From: the human T2T-CHM13v2.0 reference genome, Homo sapiens
DNA length: 64,000 nt
NCBI RefSeq assembly: GCF_009914755.1
Contig: NC_060939.1
Reading direction: 5' to 3' (one strand)
Below the pieces are notes generated by a model that made no database searches, was not told the origin of the DNA, and worked only from the letters and a program-made list of their open reading frames with translations. Of the stretch, positions 1 to 38,330 are shown in pieces; position 1 is the first letter of the stretch, and the number at the start of each line of letters is the position of its first letter. A program made the translations under genes and the position numbers.

Positions 1-294
1 AAGGGTATCTAAACCAATTCAGAAACCAAGTAGCCTAAATCACTACCAGTGCTACTTCCCTGATTGAGACAAAACACTGGAAAAAATTTAGTTAAGGAAA
101 ATTTACCAATAGGGATAAAAAAGTCTAGTGGCCATAATTTCCATCAATAAAGGTATGCATAAAATAAAGGCATGATTTTGAAAATTCAGCTGCAAAAAGG
201 AGCATCCTTTATCTTCCAGTAAATAAACTATATCCTCTTCCTTCCAAAATCAATATGCCAGATACAAAGCTTGAGTACAATCACACATCTTTTA

Positions 295-420
<126 letters not shown>

Positions 421-1660
421 TCAAGGTTATAAAAAGAAAGTAAGCTCATAATTACAAAAAAAAAACAAAAACAAATTATTTATGCCTAAGTATGCTTAAT
501 GCAGTAAATGAAGTAAAAATATATTAAATATATACTTAAAAGTTAGTATGGATACCAATAATAAACTCAAGCTTAAAATAATAATCAACTCATAAAATCT
601 GTAGCCTTGCCTTGGAAAATTTTGAACAGAATGATCAGTGAAGAATAATTACAATGATATATCATTTATTAATTCATTTCACAAGTATCTACTAAACTGC
701 AACATACCAGGCCCAATGTGAGTACCAAGGATTCAATGACAAATAATTTGTAGCCCCTCGTCTATAGACATTTGTTTGTATGTAGTCAGGAATCATAACA
801 CAGTGGGTAACCCGGTAATCACTCCATGCCTGGAGATGACATGGGAAGGACACGTCTTCTCCACCAAAAAAAGTGAGGCTTCCCCAGGAGGTAATGTATA
901 AACTGAGACCTAAAGATGACTATAAGCTAGCAAAAGTGAAGACCAGTGAAGAAAATCAAAAGCGGCAGCACGGGTAAAATCCTAGACAGGATACGATATG
1001 GGATATTTAGAAATCTGAAAACAGTTTAGTTTGGCTGGAGGATCTGTAGTGAAGAGGAAGGAAAAGTAACAAAATGAGACAGAAAAAAAAGCAGGATCTA
1101 GATTCTGAAAGGATTTGTAAATCTTGTGAAAAAGCAATTTAGATTTTTATCATCTGCATTTTCGTGTACGCAATTTGACTGCAGTGTTGAGAAAAAATTG
1201 GCACAAGAGCAGAAAAGATTGAAAGGAGGTAGGAAGACCAGGTATGCTACAGGAATAACTGGACAACTCATGTGAAAACAGTGGCTTGAATTATAGTACT
1301 GGCCCAGAACAACAGAGAGAACTGCATAGATAAAAAAGCTTTTTGGGTAGTAGAAGTGACAGGATTGGGGAACTGACTGAATAGAGGAGCTAAGGGAGAG
1401 CCAGCATTCAAAAGTGATCCGCCACGGAGCACTGAGGAAGAACAGTCAAGAGTGACTCTCGGACCGATCAAAGCCCACATGCCACTGCATCCCGCACTCA
1501 GCGCTTACATCCTTCCACATCACCACCACACCCAAGAGAAAGCCTGAAGGGGATGCTAAAGGAGATAGAGCCAAGGTGAAGAACAACCCAGAGAAGATCC
1601 GCAAGGTTGTATGCTAAACCTGCTCCTCCAAAGCCAGAGCCCAACCCTAAAAAGGATGCA

Positions 1661-1966
<306 letters not shown>

Positions 1967-2414
1967 GTCCCCTGCAAAGGAGAGAGAGGAGGTACCCAAA
2001 GGGAAAAAGGAAAATGCTGACACTGGCAGGGAGGGGAATAACCTTGCAGGAAATGGAGATGCCAAAACAGACCAGGCACAGAAAGCTGAAGGTGCTAGAG
2101 ATGCCAAGTGAAACATGTGCATTTTTGGTAACTGTGTACTTCTGGTGACTGTAAAGTTTGAACTATAAAGTTATGAAGTTTGTAAATTTTGAAATACCAT
2201 TGTTTAAATCAAGCTTTATAAAAATGCAGAATTTTGTTTTGCTTTTTCTAAAGCAGTGTTGTTATCGCACACAGAACACTTCATTGTTGTTTTGGTGGGA
2301 AGGATCACAGGTCACTAATAGAATGTCTTTGAAGCTGGACTGACGTGGGGAAAACACCTTTCCCTTCTAGTTTTGAGAGACTTCCTCTTGGCTTATAGAA
2401 GAAATTCCCTGACT

Positions 2415-2716
2415 TTATTTACTTATTTATTTAGAGACAGTGTTTTGCTATTGTTGCCCAGGCTGGAGTGCAGTGGTGCGATCTTGGCTCACTGTAACCT
2501 CTGCCTCCGGGGTTCAAGCGATTCTCTTGCCTCAGCCTCCTGAGTAGCTGGGGTTACAGGCACCCGCCAGCATGCCTGGCTAATTTTTGTATTTTTAGTA
2601 CAGACAGGATTTCACCACATTGGCCAGGCTGGTCTCAAACTCCTGACCACAAGTGATCTGCCAGCCTCAGCCTCCCAAAGTCCTGGGATTACAGGCGTGA
2701 GCCACCACACCCAGCC
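2415..2716 (-). mobile_element. AluS in the HMGN2 pseudogene 3' UTR
   Basis: Antisense Alu; TSD attccctgacttt on both sides. Confidence 0.95.
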
Positions 2717-3464
2717 TAGATTCCCTGACTTTTAACACACATGGCCACCTTGGCACAAACACCTTGTGGGATGGAAAAACAAATTCATTTTTACATCCTG
2801 TTCTCCCTCCCCACCTTCACAGACCTAACTCCCTTTTACCCAGACACCTGTTGGGACCTAACCCCCAATAACTGGTTACCAATATGTCAGGCAGTCAAAC
2901 TTTCCAGTGATGCCACTGAAATGGCAGCCCTCAAAAGAGCAGTGGTTGCTTTTTCTAGACTGTGGATCTTCAGATAAGTCCTGCCATTTTCATTTCACTT
3001 CCTGAAAGTCAGGGTTGGCTTGTGAAAAGTTGTTAAACAACATGCTAAATGTGAAGTGTCAACCTTCACTCTAAACTTTCCCTGTTCAGAGCATCAAATG
3101 AGACTTCACTGGGTTTTATAGTGGCTTTTTTTTTTTTGGTAGCTCATTGTTAAGGATTGTCCATGTTCTGCCTGAAATACCATGACTGTTTTTGGAAAGT
3201 ATCTTTAAAGCTGGATACAGTTTGGCTGGGGGAGAAAAAAAACTGACCTATCACAAAGAAGAACAGGTTGGAAAGGCTAAGCTATGAGTCTGATTTAGGA
3301 CAGAGACACCCAAAAGAAATCCCCACTAGGTGTTTCCTATTTACTCTGAGATACGTTAAGTTTTATTTTGGTAGTTTAACTGAAGCCTAAATATTTAAAA
3401 TTATACAAAATATCAGGTTTAAGAAATTTCAGAAATAAACATTTGATGTGATTTAAGCCAGTCT

Positions 3465-6787
<3,323 letters not shown>

Positions 6788-8190
6788 TAGAATATAAATG
6801 ATTTATTGAAGTTGATTCAAATGCTTGTAATGCATTTTAAGACTGATCCAAAAATGACAGGCAATGTGGGAATACTGAGTTAAATTACATGGAGGTACAA
6901 GAAGCATTTTACCTCTCCTCATCAGAAAGGAAATTCAACAAGTTATTTTATGCAGGAATATAGTCAAGAGCTTGTGACTAAAAGAACACAACAAGAAATC
7001 CTAACTCTATCTATGACTCACTCTATAACCCCAAATCCAAAACCTTTCCTTGTTTCCTTGCCAGTTTCCATAAAGCAAACAAAACATAATCCATATACTT
7101 ATACCAAAGAGTCCTGTGAGGAAGGTGGGTAAAAACTGGTGTTGTGCTTTGATAGGGTTGATTGAAAAAGGCTATAGAAATACATATGTTTTTGTTAGTT
7201 TAATAAGCAAGTTTATAAGCTATTTTGCAACATTAAAGTATAACTACTGAATATACAGTGTTAATACAGAATTAAATCACGCACAACCAAGTTTTAAAAA
7301 AAATATTTTCAGGACTTAGTAAAGTGCTAAGCCCGCAGCAATAATACATTTTGGTACACAGCCATCACTCTACAACAGACTGAAAATGTTTTAAAGGAAA
7401 CATCAATATTCCTTATACACATTTTCCCAAAGACAGAATCCAGAGTGAAGCTTCAGGCCTAAAAAACCTGTACTCTCTTTAAAAGGCTATGCATTAGTCA
7501 ATACTATGTAAGCCAATATAGAGAGTAAATTTTACAAAATTACTCTAAATCACATAGCTTTGCTGTACTTTATAATATTTATGTAGCATTTAATACTCTT
7601 AGGCCAATATTAAACAAGTTCCCAAGAATCCACACCAACGAGGGCAGGGATCAAGAAGAACTAAAGTAAGTATCAGGGAAAACAGAAGAAACAACTATTT
7701 GCTGCATATGGATATGTCCTTAGAGGGTTTATTTCTCATTCGTGCCTGCAAGCAACATAAGTAGGTTGCAATAACCAAATGAAGATTTAACATCTCTTCA
7801 GAGTTCCTCCATTTATTATTTCCTGAACTTAATTTTATATAAACGTAAAATTAGAAAAATTGAAACCTGAACACTTGCTGCAACAATCACATATTTTGAA
7901 AAGTAACATTCAAGTGGTCAGAGATACAAGGTTAGCTGGGAACACAAGCTTCACTTCTCCAGGGATGCCTCATGAATTTCAAAGCACTGAAAACGTACCA
8001 CACATACTCAGCAGAAAATATGAAAACACTGATAATTCATTCACAGTTACAGTTTTCCCTGAACTTTATAAAGATTCCCCCCAAAAAGGAGCATGTGTTT
8101 TACTAAGAATGGACTTGATGATGTGAGTCAATTCAGCTATTCATAAACAGGAATAAAAAGATAAAGGTAATAAGAACATTACAGGCATGA

Positions 8191-11558
<3,368 letters not shown>

Positions 11559-12662
11559 TACTTGGCTTATTTTGCTTATCTTGATTTGCTACGAGCACTG
11601 TATCTAATGTAAAATAAATTTTTTCCCCCTAATTCTTGATGGTTTGGCCTCAAACAAATGTCTTTTCTATTCTTTTATCTCAGTCTTTCTCCTGTCCTCT
11701 TACAAGTTTGAGGAAATAAAAGCCAAAACTACTTTCCTTCTATATCTATTTCAAGAAATGCTACAAAATTTTTTTCAGAACTTTTTTCCTTTTTCAGAAT
11801 TGTTGATCACCACAGAAGACAACAATCTGTCCAAATGCCCAAATGCCCCATCCCCAAAATAAGGAGACTAAATAACATGAAACTTTCTTTCTCTAAACAA
11901 TGTTAAGTTTTATACCACAATTTAAGAGAGAATAAAACTTTTTTTCAAATCCTCACTTTTATAAAAATTATCCTGGAGGGAGATGAAGAAATGAGGGAGA
12001 GGGAGAAACCAAGCAACTATGCATAAATCCACAGAAACAAAACAAGGTGTATTAAGAGTAAAAAGAAACTATTTAGACAATTCTAAAAGCTCTAATGTAC
12101 CTCAAAGATGGGCTAGTATTCTGAGCTTCTGTATTCCAACATGCATGTTTTTTACAGGGTTTACAGGCTTTCACTAGACTGACTTATACAAACACATTAT
12201 AGTTTCCATTCGGAAGAAATTTAACTATCCCAAATGTAGAAAACAGTCATTAACCTGTTTAGATAATGAAAGTAATCACCCAAGGTAAACAAGCAACTTT
12301 TTTTTCTTCCAAGTCCTAAAAGATGCCATCTGTTGGCAGTCTTCTGACTGCTGCCCCAGCCCCACAGGAAGGGATTAGACAGCCTCAAGGGGACTCCTGA
12401 GGAAGAGTGACACCTAAGGAATCACCATTTCCTACTTCAGCTGCATTTCCTCTTCTTTATATTTTTATACTAAATTCCTAGAAATGGAATTGCCAGGTCA
12501 AAAACTAACAAAACCATCTGACACAAACTGCCAAATTGCTCTCAAAAAAGATTACGTCAGTTTATATTCCCATTACCAGCCGTACATTTTTAAGGTCACT
12601 AACAAATGAGGTTGAAGGCCTCCCCAGACCAGTTATATGCTGAAGTAGAAAGATATCCACTA

Positions 12663-14115
<1,453 letters not shown>

Positions 14116-14379
14116 CAAAGTGATACATTACTTTCATAATAAAAAAGGGCAAAAACCAAATTTCTTCACTTCTACAAAACAGAGTAACAGATGAATGATC
14201 AGTGTTGGTCAGGACATAGAACAGGAATATACAATGCTTGGGGGAACTTGCTAAAGATGCATATACCCTGTGACACAGCAATCCCTTTCATAGGTACTTG
14301 ACAAACTCTTGTATGTCCTCAAACCTGCTGACTGGTTTCCAACAGGTTAAGGAGTTTGCACCACAATGTAAACCAACGA

Positions 14380-15610
14380 TGGTAGACCCTTGAATAACAC
14401 GGGTTTTTGTTTTGTTTTTAAGGAGACAGGGTCTTGCACTGTTGTCCAGTCTGAAGTACAGTTGCTTGATCACAGCTCACTGCAGCCTTGACTTCCTGGG
14501 CTTGAGCAATCCTCTCACCTCAGTCTCCCGGGTAGCTAGGACTACAGATGCACACCACTATGCCTGGCTAATTTTTTATTTATTTTTTCAAATTAATTAA
14601 TTAATTCTTTCTTTTTGAGACAAGTTCACACTCTGTCACCCACGCTGGGTGCGGAAGCATATTCACTGGAGCCTCAACCTCCCAGGCTCAAATGATCCTC
14701 TCACCTCAGCCTCCCAAGTAGCTAGGAACACAAGTGTGCACCATTACGCCCTGCTAATCTTTATTTTTAGGAGAGACGGGGCTTGCTATGTTGCCCAGGC
14801 TGATCTCAAACTCCTGGGCTCAGGCAATCCTCATGCTTCCAACTTCGCCAACTGTTGGGATTATGGGTGCGAGCCACTGCACTCAGCAACAACACAAGTC
14901 CACTTATACATGGATTTTCTCCCACCTCTGCCAACCCTGAGATGGCCAGACTAACCCTTCATCTTCTTTCTCCCTCCTCCTCAGCCTCCTCAATGTGAAG
15001 ACAAGGATGAAGACCTTTATGATGATCCACTTCCACTTAATAAATGGTAGATATATTTTCTCTTCCTTATGATTTTCTTAGTATTTTGTTTCTTCTAGAT
15101 TATTTTAAGAATATAGTATATGACAAATATACAAAATACATGCTAATCAACCATTTATGTTATCGGTAAAGCTTCTGGACAATAGGCTATTTGTATTTAA
15201 GTTTTAGGGGAGTCAAAAATTATACATTGGCCAGACGCAGTGGCTCAGACTTGTAATCCCAGCTCTTTGGGAGGCTGGCTGGGGGAGGATAGCTTTGGGC
15301 CAAGAGTTTAGGACCAGCCTGAGCAACACAGCAACACCTCATCTCTACAAAAATCATAAAAATTAGCCAGGCATGGTGGTGTGCACCTGTAGTCCTAGCT
15401 ACTAGGGAGGCTAGGGCACGGGAGGACTGCTTGAGCCCAAGAGTTTGAGGCTGCAGTGAGTCATGATCGCACCACTACACCCCAACAGGGGCCACAGAGC
15501 AAGACACTATCTCCTAAAAAAAGAAAAAGGAAAAAAGTTATACATGTATTTTTGACTGCATGGGGGGAAGTCAGTGCCTCAACCCCCACACTGTCCAAGA
15601 GTCAGCCATA
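14380..15610 (+). mobile_element. Tigger2a/MER28-like DNA transposon split by Alus (14405-14890 on -, 15228-15535 on +)
   Basis: Left TIR-like gacccttgaataacacgggttt; internal gatgaagacctttatgatgatccacttccacttaat; right TIR-like tgtccaagagtcagcc. Confidence 0.8.
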
Positions 15611-15739
15611 TTTCACTACAATGATGTTTAATTCAGCTGTCTTTTTTAAAAATAAATAGCAAAACTGTCTTAATAAGTGCGTTGATTTAAATTCTGGCAC
15701 AAGCTTCTTATTTTGTCATGAATTGCCACTGAGTGCACT

Positions 15740-16205
15740 AAGACAATATCACAATGTTCACAGCAGCACCTTTGTAAAAGCAAAAACCTGGAAACAGCCC
15801 AATAGTCCAACAGTAGAATTGACAAATAAATTGAGTATATGCATGTAATTTACACTACAGTGAAAATGGTGGAATTACAGCGATCTATAAAAATATGGGG
15901 TTTTTAAAACAAAGTGAGTCAAAGAAGAAAATGTTTCCATTTATATAAAAGTTCAAAAATACCGAAACTAAACAATTATGTTAGTTTTTTTAAGTAAATA
16001 AAGTCAAGGGAATGATAAATACAAAGTTTAGATCAGTGGCTACCTCTGAAGGGAGGGAAAAGAAGGGAGCAGAGTGGGATACGCAGGGAACTTCAAAGGT
16101 CATGACAACATTCTTTTTTTAAAAACTTGTATGGTGAGTACACAGTTATTTTTTTTTTTACCTTACACATACTCAACAATTTTTAATATCTAACACAGTA
16201 TTAAA
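15740..16205 (+). mobile_element. Old L1M 3' fragment
   Basis: aatgttcacagcagcac...aaaacctggaaacagcccaa...ccatttatataaaagttcaaaa, typical of an L1M 3' end. Confidence 0.65.
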
Positions 16206-16253
16206 AAAAGTTTTATAATTGCCTAAAACCACTATTTCTCTTCCCTCATTCTA

Positions 16254-16499
<246 letters not shown>

Positions 16500-16762
16500 C
16501 TGCAGAAACCAAAAGCAATAGCATGCAAGTCAATTCTCACTCCAGTATGATGTACGCCACTTAGGACCAGTCACCCAAGTTTAGTAAAAGCTTGACTCCC
16601 AGAACTGATCATCTATTTCATCTTAGTGATGAAGTTTAAGTGCATGTGGGCATACCACCCCCCAACACAGTGAACAAGTTATAACTGAAAAAGACAAATA
16701 TTTAAATAACATAATTTTAATTAATTTGGTATTATGAAGTTGAAAAATACGCTCCAATTTAA

Positions 16763-17166
<404 letters not shown>

Positions 17167-18495
17167 TCAAGTGCTTCTTCTTAAATCCTCTCAAAACCTA
17201 CTACTATAATTGTGGTCTAATTTAAAATTTGTTTCAACAATTATAATGGTATCATGGAAAGAATACCGTGCCAGGAATGGGAAGACAAAGATTCTAGACT
17301 TGCCAATTTAAGATGCTACGTAACTTCAACAAGTTCCTCATTCTATGTGAATTTCAGTTTCTCCAACTATAAAATAAGAAAAGTTGGAACAGATCACTCC
17401 TAAATTTTCTTCTGGTTTTAACAGTTATAAGAAGAGATTCTCTTAGCTTAATAATACCTCCGTGGGAGACAATTTCATTCCTGCAGGACACAGTAATCTA
17501 CTTGGCCCAGTAATCTACTTGGGTCTTCAGAGCTTTTCCATATCAGTATCACTAACACAAGCATAACACACCATCAGTGAGAAAGAATGAATCAGCCATC
17601 CAAAGAAAAAAGGCCCCACCACTTTTCCAGTCCCAAAAAAATCTCTTAAATAAGATACCACTGCTATGGAAAGAAGATAAAATTTACAGTAATAGTGGGA
17701 GATTTGGCAAGCCACCCCCTCATCTGAAATACGGTTAAGTTAAAAAAAAAAAAAATCTTTACCTAATTCATAAGTCTACCCAAGATCTTTTCTTTATCCT
17801 CTGGGAGCACACAAGCCCTGAAGGGAAAGTAGTCTTTACAAGGACTCTCCATGGCTGTTTCACCTTTTCTTTGTCCTCACTATAGTCCTCAATCTGCCTG
17901 CCACTCTAATCCTTAGCTCTGAAATCCTGTCTCAGGTTTTTCTCACATTTCACATACCTAAGTGGGACCCTGACACAGCAGCACAACCCATTAATTTGCA
18001 AGCTGGCTACTTTTATCTATTTGTAAACTCAAGCCACAAATATGCTCTCTGTGGCCTATATAACTTCAGACTAAGTCTCTCAGCTTTGTGTGTGATAATA
18101 TGTGGAACTCAGTTAAATGGAGTTGAGAACGTTTCTGACAGCTGCTGAGGACAAATAATTTAAAATGTCTTAGCTAGTTATGCTTTCCTATGTTTTTCTA
18201 GCATGAAATAGCATGTTTAGCTTAGTATTCAAAAACCTTTTAGACATATTAAGAGGTTGAGTATATAGATTTATGCATGTTATTTGCCACTAATCAACTA
18301 CGAACACTAAACCTCAGCGTGTTTTGGGATGAGGAACTGAGTCTAATCACAGGTAGAGTAAAATGTCTTTTTAGCTATTTCTTATATACGTTCATGACTT
18401 TCAGTGGTTTGGTCTTGGGTTCTGTTGGTTTAAAACTGATGCTTAACTCATCGGAGATTAACCTCTGTAACCAAAAATGAAGTCAATACTTTATT

Positions 18496-24794
<6,299 letters not shown>

Positions 24795-25185
24795 CTATCC
24801 TGGTCAGTTTGTTTAAATGCATACTCTTAGAACAAAAAATAAAATAAATAAATGCATACTCTTTTTTGCTTATTTTTAAATGCATATTCTTGAAACAATG
24901 GAAAGTTTCTCTTCAAAAGCAAACTTCCATCGCAGTATTAAGTCAATGTAAACTTCAACCCAGTGCAATTTTGAGTAGTCTAATTCAAAATTTGTCCAAA
25001 AGTCCACCTCTGGTTTTAAATCTGCTAAGAAAGAATCTATTACAGAATGAAAGGCACTCTATTTAGATTTCATATATTGATTAGAATTATTGCTTGGAAA
25101 AATTAACAACCAGCTCTTCTCAAAAGACACCATTAGATCTAATATCCAAGCCTCCTTTGAACTCAGTTTTTATATTCTTCTAATG

Positions 25186-31890
<6,705 letters not shown>

Positions 31891-32079
31891 GAGCATTACA
31901 AAGAATAGAACTTGAGATAGTTCTTGAAAGGACAGGTGGAAGTGTCACTCACATCTCACACTGCTTTTATCACATTAGCTCTTCTGCTCCCACACAAACA
32001 TGGGCACATAACATCTTTAACCATCTATGTATCCTCTACCATGCTCAGCATACTGCTTTGTCTTGTCTGTGGTGGAAAC

Positions 32080-33580
<1,501 letters not shown>

Positions 33581-33587
33581 GCATTGT

Positions 33588-33797
33588 TTGGATTTTAGAA
33601 AGGTAATATGGTACATATACTGTATCATCTCTCTCTCCCAGCTAGGGCTGAGTAGCTCCCCATAATCAAGCAGTCACATTTCTGCATCATGCAGGATAGC
33701 CCAGGTCAGGCTGTACCCCAAAACTAGTTGTGGAACTAGACTTACCAAAAAACAAAAACTCTTGCATTTCAGAACTGCAAATAAAGGATGTGGACCT
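33588..33797 (+). mobile_element. MER96B-like hAT element fragment
   Basis: gattttagaaaggtaatatggtacatatactgta...cataatcaa...ataaaggatgtggacctg end. Confidence 0.6.
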
Positions 33798-33986
33798 GCA
33801 TATCCTCCAATAGCCCATATGTCAGCAAGCCTAGCCCTGGAGGACACCAAGAAGACTCATGAAGGGTCCACTGTCATGCTGAGAAATATGGGTAACATAC
33901 AAGCATACAAGACAAAAAGTGGGTAGGGAAAACAAAAGCAAAAGGGGCAAATAAGAAATACATCAGGTAGAAATTGCCACCCATGA

Positions 33987-36170
<2,184 letters not shown>

Positions 36171-37514
36171 CCAGGAAACTAAGTTTATATAGCAGAACCA
36201 TGTGCACAATGAAAGCATTCAAAAATACAACTGTCAGAGATATCGGAGTATTTTATTCAAAGTCTGAGTTCTTAAAAAAAAAAAACAAACCCTACTTTAT
36301 AAACAGACCAGTTTTGAGATTAAAATGTAAATCCAAACTTTCCTGTTATAAATCTCAGCCTTGTAAAGAGGAGGAGCTTCCACTGCCTTTTCAAGGCTAA
36401 CTTCGTTTAAAGTCCTAACGCACCGAAACAGACGCCAAGTCTACTACCCACCACCCATTGGCTCAAAGGAAGCCCCGCCCCGTACAGCCACGGTAACTGA
36501 ACATCAAGGGAACCCCAGGGAAGGTTTTCCCTCCGCCACATTTCTAGTCTCTGATGACTCCCTGCCCCTCCCCTACCATCACCACCGCGGATCTAGGGTT
36601 CCAGCACCAGCCACGCACGCTCCTACAAGAGGACCTTGGGCACTTCGCCCCAATAGTTACAACCAAGAGGGGAGTGGGGGTGACCATGCTCCCACTCTCC
36701 TGGCTGCACGGTGCCAGACACGCTGCATGGAGCAAAGCGGAGAAAGCAGCTCCGGCACAGGGCCCTTGTGCCCCCAGGCAGAAGGCATGACCCAGCCACA
36801 AGAGTAAGTCCTGACACCTCCACAGCTCCCAGTCGGCGGGTGCCCCTCCCTCCCCACGGAGACATAGGGCGGGGCAGATCTAGGCGCCGAGACTCCCAGC
36901 CAGACCCGACAGCGGGCTTTCCCTAGCACCTCCTCATTGCCAAGGAGGCGGAAACCCGGGGCCTGGGCGGGGTGCAGGGGGGGACGGCCAAGGGGAGTGG
37001 CATCACGGATCAGTACGGCCCCTCCGGCCAACCGGATCCCAAGAAGGCGGAGGAACTCAGACTTCACGCCCCCTCCCTGCCGCGCCCTGAATCTACACGC
37101 GGGAGACCCCCCCCTACCCCTCCCCGACCCCAGCAGGCCAGAGCGCGGCCGCCAGCCCGAGGCCCCGCCCACCCCAGGAGGAGGGGAGGGGGTGGTCGGC
37201 CGCAAACTGCACTCAGCGCGAAGCCGGCCCCGCCCCTTTCTCCACAATCGCACGCGCGCGCCGGCCCCGCCTCTGAGCGGCGGCGCGAGAGCCCGCCCCC
37301 CTCCGCGCGCACCGGGACTACGCTCTCCTCCCCCTCCCGCGCGGAGAGCTACCCCGCTCCGCCCCCCACCCCCCTCACACAACCACACACCTCCCGCCCG
37401 TCTGCTCTACGGGAAGCCGAGGAGGTCAGCCCCCCCCCCAAAAATACACACCCTCGAGTCCGGCGTTACCCGCCACCAGGCTCCCGCCCGGCCCCCGGCC
37501 CAGCGTGCTCTCAC

Positions 37515-37700
37515 CGCAAAGCTGCTTCGGCCGCTCGTCACTGCGTGTCCCTCTCAGCGTGAGCCGCGAGCTCAGCAGGGAGGCCCCGAGAACGGCGCGG
37601 GGCACAGGCCCGCCGAAGCGGACTGCCAGCTACCTCTCCACTAACGAAGCGGTCACAGGCTCCGGTGCCCAGACTGGGAAGGAGGGAGGGAGGGAGGGAG
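37515..37700 (-). other. SIN3A: SIN3A proximal non-coding first exon (5' end approximate)
   Basis: Donor GCG|gtgaga at 37515/37514 inside the CpG island, just downstream of the CCAAT/GC-box cluster. The TSS cannot be fixed from sequence. Confidence 0.7.
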
Positions 37701-37730
37701 GGAAACTCCGAGGGGGGAAGGGGAGGGGGG
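37676..37730 (+). repeat. (GGGA)n / G-tract run with G-quadruplex potential
   Basis: gggagggagggagggaggga followed by G6, G4 and G6 runs. Confidence 0.8.
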
Positions 37731-37789
37731 AAGATGGAGAAACCGTCTCCGCCGCCTCTACCGCCGCGGCCGCTTCTCTGTTACCCGGG

Positions 37790-38330
37790 AAATCCCGCCC
37801 ACTCCCCCGACCCCGCCCCGCAGAGGGAAGACTCAGCTTCGTTCCAATACAGGACGCAATACCCGCCCGTCAAAGACTCAGCCAACCACCGAGGCCTGTC
37901 TTATGATTTTCCCGCCCCTTCCCCCTCGACTGGTAGGGGAGGGGGAGCCGCTCTCCTTCTCCACGCCCCTATTGGCGGGGAGCTTCCCTAACTCAACCCC
38001 GCCTATTGGAGACGGACTGCTGAAGCCCACCCCCGAGCCCCAACACTATTGGAGGAAGCAGGGAAGCTCTTCCTGTCTCATTGGAGGACACCACATAACC
38101 CGCCCTGCAGCGTCTCAGCCACAGGCCTAACAAGTTGGCTCCCGCCTCCGCTGGTCATCGCATTGGAAGGCTACCCCTGGCTCTCCCACCGCCCCAGTAA
38201 GGTAAGTAACCGATGTGGGGTAAAATGTCTGTAAGTGAAACAGGCTCCGCCTACCGCACTGCCGGGCCAGGCCCCGCCCCAAGAGTCGGATTGGATATCT
38301 TGGCGCTGGTAGGACCCTCCATTGGCCAGG
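37790..38330 (-). promoter_or_regulatory. Proximal SIN3A promoter: array of CCAAT (NF-Y) boxes and Sp/KLF GC boxes
   Basis: ATTGG on + at 37971, 38005, 38048, 38080, 38162, 38290 and 38321, with CCCGCC boxes interspersed. Confidence 0.75.

Noticed and set aside
17491-17522. 17-bp-period tandem duplicate cagtaatctacttgg
   Set aside because: Only two copies; ordinary slippage with no functional context
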